A stretch of 64,000 nucleotides of DNA from Octopus vulgaris (taxonomy: Eukaryota): the NCBI GenBank assembly GCA_951406725.2, contig OX597827.1, positions 68,324,001 to 68,388,000 of the forward strand, given 5' to 3'. Each line of letters starts with the position of its first letter. The stretch's first letter is position 1. The notes under the pieces are model-generated. The model was not told the origin of the DNA. It saw only the letters and a list, made by a program, of their open reading frames with translations, and did not search any database. The position numbers and the translations under genes were made by a program. Below are positions 1-12,067 of this stretch, one piece after another.

Positions 1-1034
1 ATGAGAATCAACAGAATCGTTAATGAGTCGCACAAAATATTTCGCGCCATCGTTCTAAGGTCAATCTCCATCGACGTAGACTTTTTTGGGGATTCAATAA
101 AATAAATACCATTTTGAGCACTGCGGGGTCGATGTAATGGACTATCTCCCGCCCTGCCAAATTTCAAGCCTTGTGTCTATAATAGAAAGAAGTATCGGTG
201 GTGGTATTGGTGTTGGTGATGGCGGGTTTTTTTTCTTTCTTTTTTTTTTTTTACTATTACAACTAACTTTGACTAATCATAAACGAAGTACATTCGACAG
301 ATGAATGATTTAGTATTTCGGTGCGTGTATTTCACGCAAAAGGATTATACATACGTACAGACTCTCTTCCTCTCTCACTTTCACTTCTTCGTCTCTCTGC
401 CTGTCTCTCTCTCTCTCTCACTCTTCCTCTCTCCCTCATTATGTCTTGTTCACACACACAAACACTCTCTCTCTGTATTTATCTATCTATCTATCTTTCT
501 CTCGCTTTCTGTCCTTCCTCCCATATTATTCGTTCATAAAAGAACCACGTACATGTTATTCCCGTGGGTATCTTCTCGCTGTCACATATTGCGGATAATT
601 ATTTCTCTATAAAAAGTCAACAAGATCTGCACACTTCGGATCATGTTCTTAAGAATTCCACGTCCGCCTACGCATAACATGATATTTTACTTATTGCATC
701 TACTTTTAGATAACATTATATGTGTATGTAATATATATAACATTAGAAGCATCAAAACATTATATAATATTATAAGTGTAGAAATACATACACGCAGGTA
801 CAGATACACGCACACATATACGCATACATACATATGGCAGTATAGATGTGTGGTTGGTGTGTGGTGAAACATATGCCTTGTAACCAAAAGGTTCCGGATT
901 CAAAACCTGAGCGAGCCTTTCTGGACAAGTGTATTTTACTTACTAAAATTTAAGATTGGAGAATAGTTATGAATAGGATTTCGTAAGCGGAAACGGTACG
1001 AAACCCCGCCGTGTACGCGAGTTTGTGCGTGTGT

Positions 1035-1056
1035 AGATAGATAGATAGATAGATTG

Positions 1057-1123
<67 letters not shown>

Positions 1124-1395
1124 CAGATTGAGATAGAAAGACTGAGATAGATAACTTTCTTTATTGGCTACACAAGACTGAATACAGAGGGGACAAATAC
1201 AAAAGTAGAGCTTTTCTTTTCGAAGATGGAAAAAGAAAAAAAGGAACAAAAAAGGAAACACATGTAAAATTCCGATCAAAAGGGATCGGGAGAAAAAAAA
1301 ATGGCGATCAAAAGGGATCGAGTATCACAGAAACAATTTTTTTTTAAAGAAACAAGATTAGGTTCATCAGATAGCTGAATAGATTGAGATAGATG

Positions 1396-1460
<65 letters not shown>
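1035..1460. repeat. Two (GATA)n arrays separated by ~230 bp
   Basis: Arrays at 1035-1150 and 1380-1460. Confidence 0.93.
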
Positions 1461-2574
1461 CGTCGTGTAAACAGGAAGGGGAAACAAAATGAGAAATACA
1501 TTCATTTATGTTGCTGTATATGTAGAGAAATGACCCAATGTCAAACTAATTTTGGTAATTAGTTTGATAAATGCGAAGTACGAAACCTTGGACATTATGG
1601 AGCTACATACGTAGCTTTACAACTGCGTAAAATGTAATATAAAGCGTGAATATGCGTGCGTTTGTGCTTGAATACGTGCGCGTGTTTATGTTAAACACGG
1701 GCCCTCAGAAATTCCTAGTTGGTATCCGACGTACTGGAAGACCACTGGGAGTAAGATGCCCCTTAGCTTTTATTAATGATTGTCTCTAGAACCCGGCTAC
1801 GTTTGCTCCGATGACCGGCGGATGACTTAGTCAGCTAATACCCTGCGATGCTCAACAATCGACGGCAAGATGAGTTGCTACGCATCACATTATCCCAAAG
1901 TGTGTATAAATGTGACCGGGGACCACATGTGATCTTGAACTGGGAACTCCGAACATGTATTTCACACTTCAACAGCAAACGTCGTCTACTGCTACGGCAT
2001 CCGCGATCCTCGACTGCGAACGACTGTCGGATGAGGATAGCATTCGTGAGGAAAGTGGTCTCAATACAGTCTCACGTAGGTAAATAAGTGTTTATGTTTA
2101 CGGTGTCTGAAAACGGCGAGTGAAATTCGGTGGACGGAAACGCCGTTCGAGCCCTTCGTATTTATGCATCAGCCTGTATCTGTTGTATACCGGTGTGACT
2201 TGGTGCAGATTTCTTGGGGTAAGCACATCCCCAGAGGAAATGGATCCCTAAACAGAGATATAACTCACTCGAGTTAATCGATTAAATAAGTGGTTTATAA
2301 ACTGTAGTGATGTAAGCGACTAAACACCCATGAGCCTGGTAACTGAAACGAATGCGAAAATCTAATAATTCTCATACATACACACACTCATTCATAACGC
2401 AAGCATATGTATGCGTGCATATACGCACGCATATACATATACATGCTCACGTACATACGTAATAAAGGAACACTCAGTACATAGGGTAGAGTTTATTTTT
2501 ATCTGTAAGCAATTGAATTATTCCCAGTGCATTACTTAATAGTTCACATACACGTAAAATACGTATTTGATATT

Positions 2575-3403
2575 TCAATTGTATTTCATGAATGTAGAAG
2601 TAACCCCGAAAGTCGTTGGTAAAACCGCTCCTAATCGGTCATTAGTAAGGTCAGACCTGAAAGCGTACAGATGTTGATCGTAACATTCATTGAAGTTGTT
2701 AACGGTGAACCCCCATGTTGTTTTCTGGATACTGTCATATGATATATTTGATGCGCGATTTACCAGACAATCGCAATATGGCTGTTAGATATGTCTTCGA
2801 TAGAAGCGTTTAGAGTAATATTGAGTAACAGGAAGAGCAACCCATAACATTGTAGGCATTAAAATGCTTTGCTTATTTTTATGTTTGAACCAGATGGGCA
2901 TTGATTCTGTATAAGGCATTCATTCTGTATAATATTCAACTGGCTGAAAGTCCCAAGTCACGTATTTTGCGATTTCTTAAACTAAAAACCTCGCGAACTA
3001 GCTTCCCTTTGTTGAAAAATATACACTTCAGCCGGGTCATTTCCCTTACAACGAAACAGTCCGGCGTAAGACCTGCATCATTTTTTTTATTGTACCCTAC
3101 AAGCAATAGGGAATTCGTGGATGTGCTCGTAGAGTTGTCCAGTTTAGAGAAATTTAAAGAAGATCGTTTTTCTTTTTATAATTCTCCTCTGATTTTGGTA
3201 AGGTCTATCATGTAAAATAGCTCCTCACTGAATCGGCCCCTAGCTGGAGCTTCGTTATGAAAAAGGTTTCTTCCTTAGAAAATCTCCATCAATAATGGCC
3301 GAGTATAGAATCTCCAACTTCGAGCCGTTGCCAAGGTTCCAATTATCGTTGGGATGGTGATTTGAAATTTTTTTATATGTATACATTCGCCAAAGTCGGC
3401 TTC
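2575..3403 (-). pseudogene. Decayed coding relic, possibly SF3 (D5/Rep-like) helicase
   Basis: Frame 3403->2936 runs 156 codons with only 2 internal stops, and frame 2859->2575 runs 95 codons with 1 internal stop, in non-repetitive AT-rich DNA. Degenerate Walker-A-like IIGTLATARS at about 3317-3346. Confidence 0.35.
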
Positions 3404-3407
3404 CTAT

Positions 3408-3408
3408 G

Positions 3409-3449
<41 letters not shown>

Positions 3450-3670
3450 CATTGTGTACAGTGCTCAGGTGCACTACAACTCATCTAAAGTGCATATATA
3501 ATCAGGTGTAGTTTCGACGGATTTCGGGAAGCATGAGGGCCTTAAAGGATGCAGTGTCATGGCAGTCAACAACTGACGCAGGCAGTTTATTCCATGCTTC
3601 AGCAACTCTGAGCGTGAAAAAATGTTTCCGAAGGTAAGGAGGCGGCGTATTGGAAAGAAAATCATGAGAA
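3408..3670 (-). mobile_element. CR1-clade LINE 3' fragment with (TTA)n tail
   Basis: LRKHFFTLRVAEAWNKLPASVVDCHDTASFKALM is the typical CR1 ORF2 C-terminus, followed by a short 3'UTR and (TTA)n at 3408-3449. Confidence 0.88.
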
Positions 3671-3789
3671 TGTTGGATAGAATGTCTTAAGAGAACTGTC
3701 TCATTTCTCTGGACTTTGACTTTAATTCCTGCCGAGTTCAACTTTCGCCTTTCAGGATCGATAACTGAAGTCTCAATCCAGTACTGCCA

Positions 3790-3801
3790 TCTGTCTGTCT
3801 G

Positions 3802-3859
<58 letters not shown>

Positions 3860-4151
3860 GTACACACACACACTATCTCTCTTTTACTTTGTGCTTTACT
3901 CACCCCTCTCACTTTCTCACTTTCTCTCACTCTCTTAGTTTCTCTCCCTCTCTGTCTTACTTTCTATCTTACTCCCGTCTCTCTCCCTCTTTCTTTCTCT
4001 CTCTCTCACTTTCACTCTCTCTCCCTCTCTTACTTCCTCTGTACATCTCTCACTCTCTCTTACTTCCTCTGTACATCTCTCTCTCTCTCTCTCTCTTACT
4101 TCCTCTGTGCGTCTGTCTGTCTCTCTCTCTCTCTCTTACTTCCTCTGTGCG

Positions 4152-4184
<33 letters not shown>

Positions 4185-4190
4185 TCTTTA
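3790..4190. repeat. (CT)n polypyrimidine tract with repeated ctcttacttcctctgt unit
   Basis: Direct inspection. Confidence 0.93.
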
Positions 4191-4809
4191 AGTTTTACTT
4201 ATTCGAAGATCTAGAATAGATTCATTGTCAACCTTATTTGGTTTGAGAATTAGGTTAAGGGTACACATGCCTGCGGAATACTCAGACACTCACACATTAA
4301 TTTTCCCAACTCGGATTTTGGTTTGCAGAATGATTGAATGCTCGCTGTCGAAACTGACGGAAACCCTAACGGAGTAGTACTTACCTCTCTCAGGAGCTAA
4401 CGCAATATCCGTCTTTCTTTCGCAGTTTCCCTCATCTTTCTCTATAACTCCCCTCTCATACATTTATTTATCACTGTGTACGTATATATATATATACATA
4501 TATACATATATATATATATGGATGGACGTATTTATGTACGTATGTGTTTATCTATGTACATGCATGTGTTGCATATGTGTAGCTGATTGGATGTGAAGAT
4601 GTGAACAACATGGTTTTTTTGATTGATGTCAACGTACACACAGACACACAGACACGGCCAACCCTTCCTCCCCACACGTTCTACAGTAGACTGCTTTGTA
4701 TGCCTTAAACGTTTCAAGCAGTTGAAATAAAATTAGCAGTGTGTGTGTGTGTTCTGCGTTGAGCCTACAAGACTAATCCTTGCCTTAGCAGATGACCTTA
4801 AAACATATT

Positions 4810-4837
4810 TGTACGTATGTATATATAGGTGTGTGTG

Positions 4838-4882
<45 letters not shown>

Positions 4883-5200
4883 GTATATATGTGTGTGTCT
4901 ATGTGTGAGTGTATATATATATATATATATGTGTGTGTGTTTGTGTGTGTATATATGTGTGTGTATGTATATATGTGTGTGTGTATATACGTATGTATAT
5001 GTGTAGTTATAGATATGTGTATACTTATATATGTATGTAGATGTGTCTGTATATATGTATGTATATATATATGTGTATATATATGTGTATGCATATATAT
5101 ATGTATGTTTATGTATATATATGTATATGGATGCATACATATATATAAATGCATGCATGTATGTATATGCATATATATAAGTATGTATGTACACTATGTA
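4810..5200. repeat. Compound (TG)/(TA) microsatellite
   Basis: Direct inspection. Confidence 0.95.
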
Positions 5201-5557
5201 TGTACTTCATGTACGTGTGCTTATATAGGTGTGTGTCTATGTATGTATAACGTATGTGTATGCATCATTGCTTATACCTGTGTCCCTGGATGCTTTTTCA
5301 TGTGTGCTTGTAAAGGCAAAGAATTCAGGTTGATCTTTATGAATGGAATCGCCACCACCCACAACCCCCCAAGCTTTACTCAGGCATCTCAGTTGGTAAA
5401 TATTACTACGCTGCGCTTACAATCATCTCTTGAATAATAACCAACAAGGAAGGGCAGTACTACTGAAAGTCCGGGGCTGAAAATGTGTTCAGCTGACATT
5501 TTCACACTTATGCTTCTATTTATAAATAGACGAGCCTACTATGAACCGACAATAACC

Positions 5558-5941
5558 TATTTCTTTATTACCAACAAGGGGCTAAACACAGAGGGGACTA
5601 ACAAGCACACACATAGGTATTAAGTCGATTATATCAACCACAGTGCGTAACTGGTATTTAATTTATCGACATTGCCTTTCATCCTTTCGGGGGTCGATAA
5701 ATTAAGTACCAGTTACGCACTGGGGTCGATGTAATCGACTTAATCCGTTTGTCTGTCCTTGTTTGTCTCCTCTGTGTTTAGCCCCTTGTGGGTAGTAAAG
5801 AAATAGGTATTTAATTTATCGATCCCGAAAGGATGAAAGGCAAAGTCGACCTCGGCGGAATTTGAACTCACAACGCAACGGCAGACGAAATACGGCTACG
5901 CATTTCGCCCGGCGTGCTAACGATTCTGCCAGCTCGCCGCC
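5558..5941 (-). mobile_element. SINE family A with an inverted truncated A copy nested inside (5673-5805)
   Basis: Outer TSD ctatgaaccgacaataacc. Inner TSD ggtatttaatttatcga (5653 / 5806). Confidence 0.88.
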
Positions 5942-6040
5942 CTATGAACCGACAATAACCATGATGGAGATATCTGGGTAACTAGTTGGGCAACTAGTAA
6001 CCTTAATAACCACGTTTAACGCACACGCATGTATCGTGAA

Positions 6041-6366
6041 GCCGCAATGGCTCAGTAGTTAGAGCTTACGATCGTGAGGTTGTGAGTTCGAATCCCGGAC
6101 CGGGCTGCATGTTGTGTTCTTGAGCAGACACTTTATATCACCTTGCTCCAGTTCACTCAGCTGTAGAAATGAGTTGCGACGTCACAGGTGCCAAGCTGTA
6201 TCGGCCCCTTTGCCTTTTCCTTGGATAACACTGGTGGCGTGGAGAGGGGAGGCTGGTATGCATGGACGACTGCTGGCCTTCTATAAACAACCTTGCCCGG
6301 ACTTGTTCCTCGGAGGGTAACTTTCTTGGTGCAATCCCATGGTCAGTCATGACCGAAGGGGTCTCA
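6041..6366 (+). mobile_element. tRNA-SINE with family D-type head and another tail
   Basis: tggctcagtagttag..gagttcgaatccc, then gtgttcttgagcagacacttta, ending in an RTE-like catggtcagtcatgaccgaagggggtctc. Confidence 0.78.
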
Positions 6367-6403
6367 GCATATATAAGTATCAGTGCCTGGGCACTGATAT
6401 AAC

Positions 6404-6451
<48 letters not shown>

Positions 6452-6639
6452 TTAAGATAATATCTAGTATATGTTCTAAATTATAAGCCTCATTTTGCAT
6501 CATTGCGTTACATTTTGCGTAATTGAAATTATGCATAGGGTGAGGCATTTCAAATGAGAAGCTCATATCTTTTTTCTTTTCTTTTCTTTTAACTGGAAAT
6601 CTTTTGAAATCCGTATAATTCCAGGCACTGATGCTACTA

Positions 6640-6848
6640 TACGAGGAGTGCTGAAAAGTTCCTGGTTTTAAGGGTATCGCGAAAAGCCTAGCGGAAGGCA
6701 CAACCTTCCAATTTCTTTTACATCGCTTAGAAAAACTGAGGACTGCTGCAATAAGTGTGTGAATCTGAGAGGGGATAAAATCAGAATTAGCTGATCCTCC
6801 TGTATTTTCTTTTACCCAAAGCCAGGAACTTTTCAGCCCCGCCTTGTA
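6640..6848 (+). mobile_element. Mariner-derived MITE
   Basis: TA-flanked TIRs cgaggagtgctgaaaagttcctgg / ccaggaacttttcagccccgccttg. Homologous to 43936-44164. Confidence 0.8.
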
Positions 6849-7185
6849 TATATTTATAATGTGCCTATCACCGTACCCAGCATATGACCAGTATATAGTT
6901 CTATTTTCATTTGAAAACATGTATCTCTAGAAAATATCGTGTAATGTTAAACAGATAATTCTATGTTGTACGTTTGTTGGTTAAAAGGGTCATGGAGAAT
7001 TGATAAGGAGTACTAAACAGAAAAAAATACAGCGATTTATATAAGATAATGCAGTAAGGTATTTTACGGATGAAATTATGTGGTTTAGCATCTAATTGCA
7101 ATTGGAACGTCCACTGCAGAGGATGCAAATAACCAGAACATGGAAACGTACTTACGAAACAAATGTTAAAACATGCATCTTGTGA

Positions 7186-7237
<52 letters not shown>

Positions 7238-7239
7238 AG

Positions 7240-7442
7240 TAATTGTTTCAGTCATTTGACTGCTGCCATGCGGGAGCACCGCCTTTTAATCGAAGAAATC
7301 GACTTCCAGAACTTATTCTTTGTAAGTCTAGTACTTATTCTATCGGCGTCTTTTGCCGAACCGCTAAGTTACGGGAACGTAAACACACGAACAACGGTTG
7401 TCTAGCGATAGTGGGCGAACAAACACAAACACATAAACACAC

Positions 7443-7507
<65 letters not shown>

Positions 7508-7709
7508 TAGATAGATAGATAGATAGATACACAAACACATACGACGGGCTTCTTTCAATTTCCGTCTACCAAATCCACTCACAAGGCTTTGGTCGGCCCG
7601 AGGCTATAGTAGAAGACACCTGCCCAAGTTGCCACGCAGTGGGACTGAACCCAGAACCATGTGGTAGATGGTAAGCAAGCTACTTACCACACAGCCACTC
7701 CTGCGCCTA
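7240..7709 (-). mobile_element. tRNA-SINE family B (CORE-like, internal TA/TG microsatellite)
   Basis: Head ggcgcaggagtggctgtgtggtaag..gggttcagtccc carries A/B boxes, followed by a CORE-like cttgggcaggtg segment and the tail gcatggcagcagtcaaatgactgaaaca. Confidence 0.88.
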
Positions 7710-8738
7710 TATTTAATTGAAAATCTGTTGCCCAGCCTACAATCGAGACACGCCAGACACACATAAATTAAACACAGACATACTGAGATTTCTTTCACCT
7801 TGTAGAAGAAGCGTAGTAGGCGATTGATTCCTATCTACTGTCTCACTGATACACATTTAACTGGCCCAATTCCGAAGGAATGAGATTCAAAGTGGACCAC
7901 ATAATGGTTTTCATTTGGAACACTGATAAACCCAACTAGTTATAAGCTATCTATTCCGGCTATCTCCCGGCTGTATCATTCATCGCTGTGTGCTTGCTTG
8001 TTGTGTGTGTGTCTATATGCTTATGCGTGCGTAGATATAATATATGTAGTGTGTGTGAGTGTCTGTGTGTACTGAGAGAATGGCGGTTAAATATAAAAAT
8101 AGATACAGTCTCTGCATCTTTGTTATTTTTACCACCTGGAAATAGGACTAGATAAAAAGAATACAGAGCAAATGGGAAAACAGTCCATAGATGTGGTACT
8201 TAAGTGTTTGGCGTCCTACCAAATACTTACATTTGCATAAAATGTATCCATGGTTTCTTATGAAAATCTGTCACTTTGTGGCGAAGACTAGATTTTCGGT
8301 TTCGCATTTGTCCGATTAAAAGGAAATGTTGCAACATGCAGAAGACCTTCTAAGGGTGGGGTGTTTTACTGATCCAATAAGGGAATGGTACCAGCCACGA
8401 GTTAAGTGATTACGACTGCAACTTAGAATTGAAACTGCATCACAAGCGTCGAGTACCGGGAGTTTATCAACCAACCAACCAACCAACAGTATTACAGTAA
8501 ATCAATATTTTGTGACCAGGCATTTTTCTCGTATCTTTTACCTGTTTCAGATATTGGACTGCGGCCCTGCTGGGGCAACACGTCGAAAAGTTTAGTGGTA
8601 CAAATTGCCCACAGTACTTACTATTTAAATTTCGTATCTATTTTTTTGCTTTCTTTTGCCGAACTGCCAAGTTACAGGGACGTACGCTGTGCATTATAAG
8701 GGTCAAAGTACACACACACACACACACACGCACGCACG

Positions 8739-8770
<32 letters not shown>

Positions 8771-9028
8771 CAAACACAGGAAAGTGTGTGCACGCATAAA
8801 TGTGTGTATGTGTATGTGCCTTTCTGTTTGTCCCCCACGAACGCTTGGCAACCGATGTTGATTTGTTAACGTCTCTGTAAGTCAACGGTTCGACAACAAG
8901 GGCCCGATAAAATAAGTACCTGACTTAGAAAAATAAAAGCATATATACTGCAGTCGAATTATTCGACTAAACCCTGCAAGGTGATCACAGCATGGCCACA
9001 ATCTAATGACTGACACAAGTAAAAGATA

Positions 9029-9067
<39 letters not shown>

Positions 9068-9324
9068 CTTTTACTTGTGTCATTTTTTTCGTAATGAGAT
9101 AAGAAAAAACACTTTTTATATACCAATTTTTATATACACACGCTGACATATGACCAATGTTGAACCCTTATTCGCGTAATCACCGAACCTGGAACTTAAC
9201 TACGGTCTATCTATAGCACTTATTCAGTATTACCTGACACCTTTGGGTCTCAATGACACCACTACCTCTCAAAACCTATATATATATATATATATATACA
9301 GTTGAAACACTCCTGTCACAACCT

Positions 9325-9368
9325 GGGACCTTGAAGACTATTATAATGCAAGAAAGTATACTAGTCCC
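9325..9368 (+). ncRNA. Degenerate hammerhead-like motif in a (TA)n-flanked element
   Basis: gggac-cTTGAAGA-ctattataatgcaa-GAAA-gtatac-TA-gtccc. Stem I is a perfect 5 bp and stem III is palindromic. There is an extra U in the core and stem II is damaged. Confidence 0.45.
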
Positions 9369-9534
9369 TTAATATTTTATATTCAATATTTCATGTATTC
9401 AATAAGACAATCAATACTTCATTTCATTTTACTATATATATATTATTTATACTATATATTCTATATCCTACATTAATATTATAAAGAATATAAATAAAAC
9501 ATAAAAAACAGAGTTGGAATTTCTATGAATAATG

Positions 9535-9579
<45 letters not shown>

Positions 9580-10643
9580 GCACTCTCGTGTGTCTGGAAT
9601 ATTAGGCCATTTAGACATTAATTGAGGAGTAGGTAATATCAGGTGATCCAGCAACTGAATGCTCGTCGTCGACCCCTTTGGGATCCCCATAAGTTATCTG
9701 CTACTTTATTTTATCCACCGCACAGAGATAAAAACAAAGTTGATTTCGATGGGATTCGAACTCAGAATGTAGTAAGCCGGAAGACGTACTGCTAAAAATG
9801 CTGTTCTACGCTCTAACGATTGCAGCAACCATGCAATTAATTCACATAAAACATGTATTATCGATAGATAGAAAGATGGGTATACAATAACCGATATTTT
9901 TTTAACGGGTTATGGTAATAACAACGACAACAGCAGCGGAGGTGGTGGTTGTCTGATGGTGGTGGTGGTGATATTTTGTAGCAATGTGTGTATGCGTGTG
10001 GGCTAGATTATTGTGCACACGCGTAAGAAGAAAATACGAAAAAATATATATATATATATATATATAAGAAAAACAAAAAGAAGAAATTAAGGAAAAAATA
10101 AAAGGAATATAGAAAAAAAAAATGAAAGCAAAACCATACGCCTGACACACGGGTCTTTTAGACGATTCTGGGGAAGGAATGTTAAACGTGTGTAATTTGT
10201 ACGTTTTCCAGATCTAGCAGACGGTGTTTGCTATAAATAAAACGGTGAAGAAGAATAAGAAGAAGAAGAAGAAGAAATAAAATAAACAACATCATCAAAG
10301 CATATCCTCAACAAATTTTCTCTATTACTTTTACTACTACTACTACTACTACTACTACGAGGAGGAGTAGCAGTCGTATTAATAGTAGTTTCAAATTGTG
10401 GCACAAGGCCAGCAATTTTTTGGAGGGGAAGGTGGGGGTTAGTAGATGCCTTCGAACCCTGTCCCCCCACCTTCTCGCCTCTAGTATTTGACTGGTTCTT
10501 AATTTTATCGACACCCCACCACCACCACCACCACCACCAAAAAGAAAAAGAAAAGAAAATGAATGACTTAAAAGCAAAGCTGACCACGGTGCGACTTGCT
10601 GTCAGAAGGTAAAAAAAGTACAAAAAATATATAAAATAAAAGC

Positions 10644-10890
10644 GCCATTTTTTAAAGCCTAGCCATGTTCATGGGCCCGGTTTCCCTGTTTCAATGGCGT
10701 ATGTGTTCCCCAGCTGGACAGGACGCCTGTCCATCACAGCGTTACTCATTTTTGCCAGCTGAGTGGACTGGAGCAACGCGAAATGAAGTGTTTTGTTCAA
10801 GAATACAACGCGTCGCCCAGTCCAGGAATCGAAACCACAATCTTACGATCATGATGCTGACACCCTAACCACTAAGCCACGCGCCTCCAC
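10644..10890 (-). mobile_element. tRNA-SINE family D
   Basis: Reverse complement of 30804-31030, with an extra gatggacaggcgtcctgtcc segment. Confidence 0.85.
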
Positions 10891-10934
10891 AAAATAAAGT
10901 ACAACAGAGCATTTGAGCGCTATAGATTATACGG

Positions 10935-11314
10935 GCACGAAGTCAGAAATTCGTCGTGAAGGAGTTGTTTACTGGTACTTTATTTTAACAGCCCCAGCAA
11001 AGTTGATCTCGGTCGGATTTTAACTCAAAGCATAAGGTGCCAGAACCAATACGAAACGCAATGCTCTAATAATTCTGCCAGTGTGCCATCCTTAATAATA
11101 ATATTAATAATAATAGTAGTAGTAGTAGTAGTAGTATCGAATTCTTGGTACAAGGGCAGCAATTTCGGCTTAACTGGTTCTTATTTGTTCGGTCCCAGAA
11201 AGGATGAAAAGCAAAGTCGATCCCGGCGGAATTTGAACTCAGAACGCAAAGACGAACGAAATGCCGCAATGCATTTTTCCCGGTGTGCTAACGACTCAGT
11301 CAGCTAGCCGCATT

Positions 11315-11351
<37 letters not shown>

Positions 11352-12000
11352 CAACAATAACAACATACAGAAAATAGCACTACTAGGCACCGCACACATC
11401 TTACGTAAAACACTTTCAATGCAGTGAAAATAAGAGCATCACACAAACCACAGCACATACCCAAGGCACACAGAGCTGCGCACGGTAGTGCAGTGAAGGC
11501 TTGTGATAAAAATAAGACTACTGAATAATAATAATAATAATGATGATGATGATGATGATCCTTTCTAGTATAGGCACAATACCTGAAATTTTTGGTGAGG
11601 AGCTAGTCTATTAGATTGATCTCAGTACGCAACTGGTACTTAAATTATCGACCCTGAAAAGAGGAAAGGCAAAGTCGACCTCGGCGGGATTTGAACTCCG
11701 ACCGTGAAGACGGACGATCTGCTGCTAAGCATTTCGCCTGGCGTGCTAACGATTCTGCCAGCTCGCCGCTTTAATAATAATAATAATCCTTTCTACTATA
11801 GGCATAGGCCCTGAAATTTGGGCAGGGGGAGGGAGTAAGTCGATCACATCGATCCCAGTGTTTCACTGGTACTTAATTTATGGACCCTGAAAGGATGAAA
11901 GGCAGAGTCGACCTCGGCGAACTCGGAACGTAGCGACAGCCGAAATACCGCTAAGTATTCCTCCGCCCGGCATGATAACAATTCTATAATTCGCTGCTAT
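10935..12000 (-). mobile_element. Cluster of four co-oriented SINE A-variant copies separated by (AAT)n/(GAT)n
   Basis: Repeated aaaggcaaagtcgacctcggcggaatttgaactc..gccagctcgccg with an alternative tail (cctttctactataggcaca..). Confidence 0.8.
11362..11525 (+). mobile_element. Dong/R4-type (RLE) non-LTR retrotransposon 3' fragment in (TAA)n
   Basis: NIQKIALLGTAHILRKTLSMQ* matches the R4/Dong C-terminus (QK..LLGTA.ILRK.L). Flanked by (AAT)n, the known Dong target. Confidence 0.75.
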
Positions 12001-12034
12001 GATAACGATGATGATTATAGTATTAGTAGTAGTG

Positions 12035-12067
<33 letters not shown>

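Noticed and set aside
6153-6920. 255 aa minus-strand ORF
   Set aside because: It is a read-through across a MITE, a (TA)n array and a SINE.
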